From: Verrucomicrobiota bacterium | GTDB lineage: Bacteria > Verrucomicrobiota > Verrucomicrobiia > Limisphaerales > CANJXF01 | Assembly (NCBI GenBank): GCA_038214755.1 | Contig: JBBQRQ010000090.1 | Location: 1 to 20,512, forward strand | Reading direction: 5' to 3' | Length of the DNA stretch: 20,512 nucleotides | Shown here: positions 17,281 to 20,512 of the stretch, piece after piece | How positions within the stretch are numbered: the first letter of the stretch is position 1 | Layout of the letters: every line of letters starts with the position of its first letter | Position numbers and translations under genes: made by a program | The notes under the pieces: model-generated | The model's database searches: none | What the model saw: the letters and a program-made list of their open reading frames with translations, nothing else | Told to the model about the DNA's origin: nothing

Positions 17281-17390
17281 GGGTAGCATCTGCCTCCGGC
17301 GGGCGCGAAGATATTTTTGTTTCGATGTTGAGGTTGGACATTCAGCCCAATGTTTATGGACCAGCAACGTTCAACCTCCAACGTCGAACG
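17281..17390. repeat. Truncated REPIN family A (left arm plus decayed heptamers)
   Basis: GGGTAGCATCTGCCTCCGGCGGGCGCGA at 17281-17308, then TCGATGTTGAGGTTGGAC ... CAACCTCCAACGTCGAA. The right arm is absent. Confidence 0.8.
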
Positions 17391-17475
17391 AAGAAATTGT
17401 CGTCAGGCTTTCCAGCCTGCCGGTGTGCGCGACTTCCGAATCGCGCGGGGTGTGATTTAAACGGGCGGTCAGAAC

Positions 17476-17578
17476 AAAAGCGCCAGAGGACTGGCGCACT
17501 CCAGGACGCTTTGCGCCATTCGTGCGCCATCGAAGTTCGCGCGAGCGTCTTGGAGTGCGGCGGCCCTCCGCCGCTTTT
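17476..17578. repeat. REP doublet family E (GGAG feet facing inward)
   Basis: AAAAGCGCCAGAGGACTGGCGCACTCCAGGACGCT (17476-17510) and AGCGTCTTGGAGTGCGGCGGCCCTCCGCCGCTTTT (17544-17578). Confidence 0.8.
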
Positions 17579-17702
17579 AACAGGGACGGCAGTGTCCGCC
17601 AGTTAAATTCCACCCGTCGCGCGGACCACATGAGTAAATGAATCATCCATGTGTTTCACTGTTCCAACGCGGGACTGAAAGCACCGTCACCCGCACCCAC
17701 AC

Positions 17703-17771
17703 CGGAGCGCCGGTTGCAACCGGCTTGGCCTCCGCGCACTGACTCAAAGCCGGTTGCAAACCGGCGCTCCG
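17703..17771. repeat. REPIN family F (GGAG foot)
   Basis: CGGAGCGCCGGTTGCAACCGGC ... GCCGGTTGCAAACCGGCGCTCCG. Confidence 0.85.
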
Positions 17772-17802
17772 CCGACAAAATGTCTGCCCTACCGCCAAAA
17801 CA

Positions 17803-20445
17803 TTACGGCTCAAAAACCCGCACACGATAAAACCTGGAATCGCCTTCGATGGAATCTGGAACCGCTGCTGGAAAATTCGTCGCGGAAATCAGCGGCCGGT
17901 TGGCTGGAACGTCCAACGGATTCCAAATCACCGGCGACCAATTGGTCGTGACCTGAACTTCAAATCCGCGATTGGCAATTTGCGGAAATTCAATTCGAAC
18001 AAAACCATTTGTTGCTTGCGCGGAAATTTTCCAGAAATCCCCCGCGTCGGTTGGATCGGTTCCAAGCAAAAATTCCTGGAAATTCACCGAAGGATCGCCA
18101 TCGAAATTTTCGTTCCGCGCAGTGAGCGGCGCATTGGTCGAACCGAATTTCGCCAGTTGCCATTGCTCGTAAGTTTGAAAATTCGCCAGACCGTTGGTGA
18201 TCCACGCGCTGACTAAATTTACCGATTGCGTGTCGATGAGCGAGGACGACAACGGCGGCATTCGCCACGCGCCATTCGTCGAAATTCGCGTGAGCAAAAC
18301 CGAATGCGCCAGATCATTGGGAACGATGACACGATTGCTGGCGTCGCCGAGATTGTTGACCAAACTTCCATTGACGATGCCCGAAGCGGAGAGCGGATTC
18401 GTGATGCGCGCGTCCCAATTTCCGGGAGCCGCGCCGCCGGGCAGATGGCATTGCGCGCAGTTCGCCGCGAGATAGGAGCGCACTCGATATTCAACACTGA
18501 ACGCGGAATTCGTCGCATGTGCCAGCAGTGGCAGCGTGTGTAAATTCGTGACTGCGCTGGAAAAATATCCGACTTGATTGAGCGCGCGAATTTGGTTGTC
18601 GCTGATTCCGCCGTAATCGAAATCGCGATTGAGTTGGGCCGTGTTGAAACCCAGCGCGAAACCAGCCTGAGGCGTGTGACAACTCAAACATTCGGAGCGA
18701 GCTGGATAATGCCAAGCCTGCGTGCGCAAATTCCCTCCGTCGTTAATGACAAAATTTTCATCGAGGCCTTCTTCGGGAACGAGCGTCGCGTTGGTCAACG
18801 AATTTCCCCAGCGATAAGTCACACCGTAAACACCGCCGGAATTTTTCACGAGCAGCCGCGTCTCCAATCGTTTTGCCGAGGACGCAATTCCATTCGTCAG
18901 TTCCAGATCAAAATGTTTTATCAAAATTGTGCCGGTGGGAAATTGCCAGTGGCTCGTGCGATTGAAGGCGAGGGTGAGGTTCGTATTCGGCACGGAAAAC
19001 CAGCGCGTTTTTCTGGCGTTGTCCGACCAGAAAGGAACGTTCACGTCGTAAGGAATAATTCCCGGATTCGGCGTGAGATTCGGCAGATCAGAAAAACTTC
19101 CGGTGTCGGCGAGCGTGGCGGGAAGCGCACTCCCAGCCGTATTCGTGACGCTGTAAATCAGTCGTTGCACGCTGCCGCCGGTCAAGTTCGCCAACAAAAC
19201 GTCGCCGTTGCGCGGGTCGGCGCCAAACGCGACGATGCCAGTCTGCCGGGTCAAAAAATCGAAAGTCGCCGCGTTCGTTCCGTTGGGTGTCAGCGCCCAA
19301 ATATTTCCGCTGTTGAAATCACCAAAAATGTAGCGGCCATTCAATTGAGAAATTCGATTGCCGCGATAAACCAATCCACCGGTGACCGATGTGCCTACGT
19401 TCGTCGTGCCGACGCGCAAATATTCGGCGATGGGAGAGATCGAAATAAAATTAGCAGGCGAGGCTTTCGGTCCGCCGATGGATGCTTCGCGATAGGCCCA
19501 TCCATAATTTCCGCCTTTAGTGATGAGGTCAATTTCCTCACGCGCGCCCTGGCCAACGTCTCCGCAAAAAAGCGCGCCGGTCATTGGATCAAAAGAAAAA
19601 CGAAACGGATTGCGCAGACCAATCGCCCAAAATTCTTTTCGCAACGCGGCCACGTTAATATTCGTTCCGTTCAATTGCGTGGCGTTGACGAAGGGATTGT
19701 CCGCCGGGACAAAATAATTGGTCGCGTTCATCAGCGCGGGGTGCGGAGTGGGCGGAAGATTTCCGGGAAGTTTATCGACGTCGATCCGCAAAAGTCCGGA
19801 GAAGAAATCTTTGTCGATGCGCTGGCTGTTGTTGTATTGGTCATTCGCGCCGCCTTCATCCCCAACGGAAATATAAAGATAACCATCAGTCCCAAAATGC
19901 AGATCGCCGCCGTTGTGATTGCACGCTTCGTCGAATTGCGTGATCAGAGCAAGCTCACTGGTCACGACCGCCTGGTTCGCATTGGTGGACGAAACTTGAA
20001 AACGAGAAATGCGCTGATGCAATCCGCTGCCCGCCGCTGTGTTCGTGCTCGTGGAATAAAATAAATAAAAAAATCCGTTTGCCGCGTAGTTGGGATGAAA
20101 CGCGATGCCGAGCAACCCTTCCTCGCAGCCCGTCGTGACGCGACTGGAAAGGTCGAGAAAAACGGTGCGCGTCGGCGCGGCAAGATTCGTGACGACGATG
20201 ACGCGCGCAGACCGTTCGAGAACAAAAAGACGATTCGTTTCACCGGGCGGAGTGGCCAAGGCAATCGGATTGGTGAAAGACAAACCGGGAAATGCATTGG
20301 TCAAAGTGTAGCCGAAAGTCGCGGGCGTTTGCGGCATTTGCAGAGTTGAATTGGCGACACGCGCGGGCAAACCGAATGACTGGGCCCCAGCGGAAAAAGT
20401 GACAATCCAAACAGAAAGGCAAAGTAATCGCGCACAAAGTTTCAT
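17803..20445 (-). CDS. Secreted PQQ-dependent sugar dehydrogenase-like (GSDH) beta-propeller fused to a dihaem cytochrome c region and a C-terminal FYR-ending module
   Basis: Signal peptide. Motifs EEGLLGIAFHP, NHNGG.L.FG.DGYLY.SVGD, GLRNPFRFSFD, GDVGQ..REEID and GGNYGW. CLSCH and CAQCH haem motifs, MPP, and a DGD..NF.E..GTDP motif. Confidence 0.92.
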   Translation of the reverse strand: MKLCARLLCLSVWIVTFSAGAQSFGLPARVANSTLQMPQTPATFGYTLTNAFPGLSFTNPIALATPPGETNRLFVLERSARVIVVTNLAAPTRTVFLDLSSRVTTGCEEGLLGIAFHPNYAANGFFYLFYSTSTNTAAGSGLHQRISRFQVSSTNANQAVVTSELALITQFDEACNHNGGDLHFGTDGYLYISVGDEGGANDQYNNSQRIDKDFFSGLLRIDVDKLPGNLPPTPHPALMNATNYFVPADNPFVNATQLNGTNINVAALRKEFWAIGLRNPFRFSFDPMTGALFCGDVGQGAREEIDLITKGGNYGWAYREASIGGPKASPANFISISPIAEYLRVGTTNVGTSVTGGLVYRGNRISQLNGRYIFGDFNSGNIWALTPNGTNAATFDFLTRQTGIVAFGADPRNGDVLLANLTGGSVQRLIYSVTNTAGSALPATLADTGSFSDLPNLTPNPGIIPYDVNVPFWSDNARKTRWFSVPNTNLTLAFNRTSHWQFPTGTILIKHFDLELTNGIASSAKRLETRLLVKNSGGVYGVTYRWGNSLTNATLVPEEGLDENFVINDGGNLRTQAWHYPARSECLSCHTPQAGFALGFNTAQLNRDFDYGGISDNQIRALNQVGYFSSAVTNLHTLPLLAHATNSAFSVEYRVRSYLAANCAQCHLPGGAAPGNWDARITNPLSASGIVNGSLVNNLGDASNRVIVPNDLAHSVLLTRISTNGAWRMPPLSSSLIDTQSVNLVSAWITNGLANFQTYEQWQLAKFGSTNAPLTARNENFDGDPSVNFQEFLLGTDPTDAGDFWKISAQATNGFVRIEFPQIANRGFEVQVTTNWSPVIWNPLDVPANRPLISATNFPAAVPDSIEGDSRFYRVRVFEP

Positions 20446-20512
20446 AGATGTTCAAAGGTCCCGTGAAATTAACCACACAACGTTGACTCTCGCATCCGAC
20501 GTCGAACGCTGG

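Noticed and set aside
914..17308. Recurrent 26-28 bp repeats as a CRISPR array
   Set aside because: The copies are dispersed inverted pairs, not regularly spaced direct repeats with unique spacers, and no cas genes are present.
18574..20064. 496-aa plus-strand ORF
   Set aside because: It lies wholly antisense to the well-supported GSDH-like gene and has no recognisable motifs, so it is a shadow ORF.

Overview
This is a bacterial chromosomal window, most likely Verrucomicrobiota (Pedosphaerales/Limisphaerales-like). That assignment is an inference from gene content, protein style and repeat types. It holds about 15 genes. Cytoplasmic genes: glutamine amidotransferase (TrpG/PabA), a half-length aldehyde dehydrogenase, a type III PKS coupled to a methyltransferase, a second paralogous methyltransferase, a carboxylesterase, thioredoxin reductase, a GT2 glycosyltransferase and a class III nucleotide cyclase. 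There is also a small membrane protein. Exported proteins: a six-repeat IPT/TIG protein, a DUF1800/DUF1501-like pair, a DNRLRE-like protein and a sugar dehydrogenase-like beta-propeller with two haem c motifs. Nearly every intergenic space carries REP/REPIN-like palindromic doublets from at least seven sequence families. The most unusual signals are three. (1) A 144-bp palindromic element sits in-frame inside the GT2 gene. (2) The Thr-Asn dipeptide is strongly and directionally enriched only in exported proteins. (3) A shared ~70-aa module ending in FY(R/Q) occurs on four unrelated exported proteins. Signals 2 and 3 may mark a lineage-specific export or modification system. No rRNA, tRNA, CRISPR array or transposase was seen.
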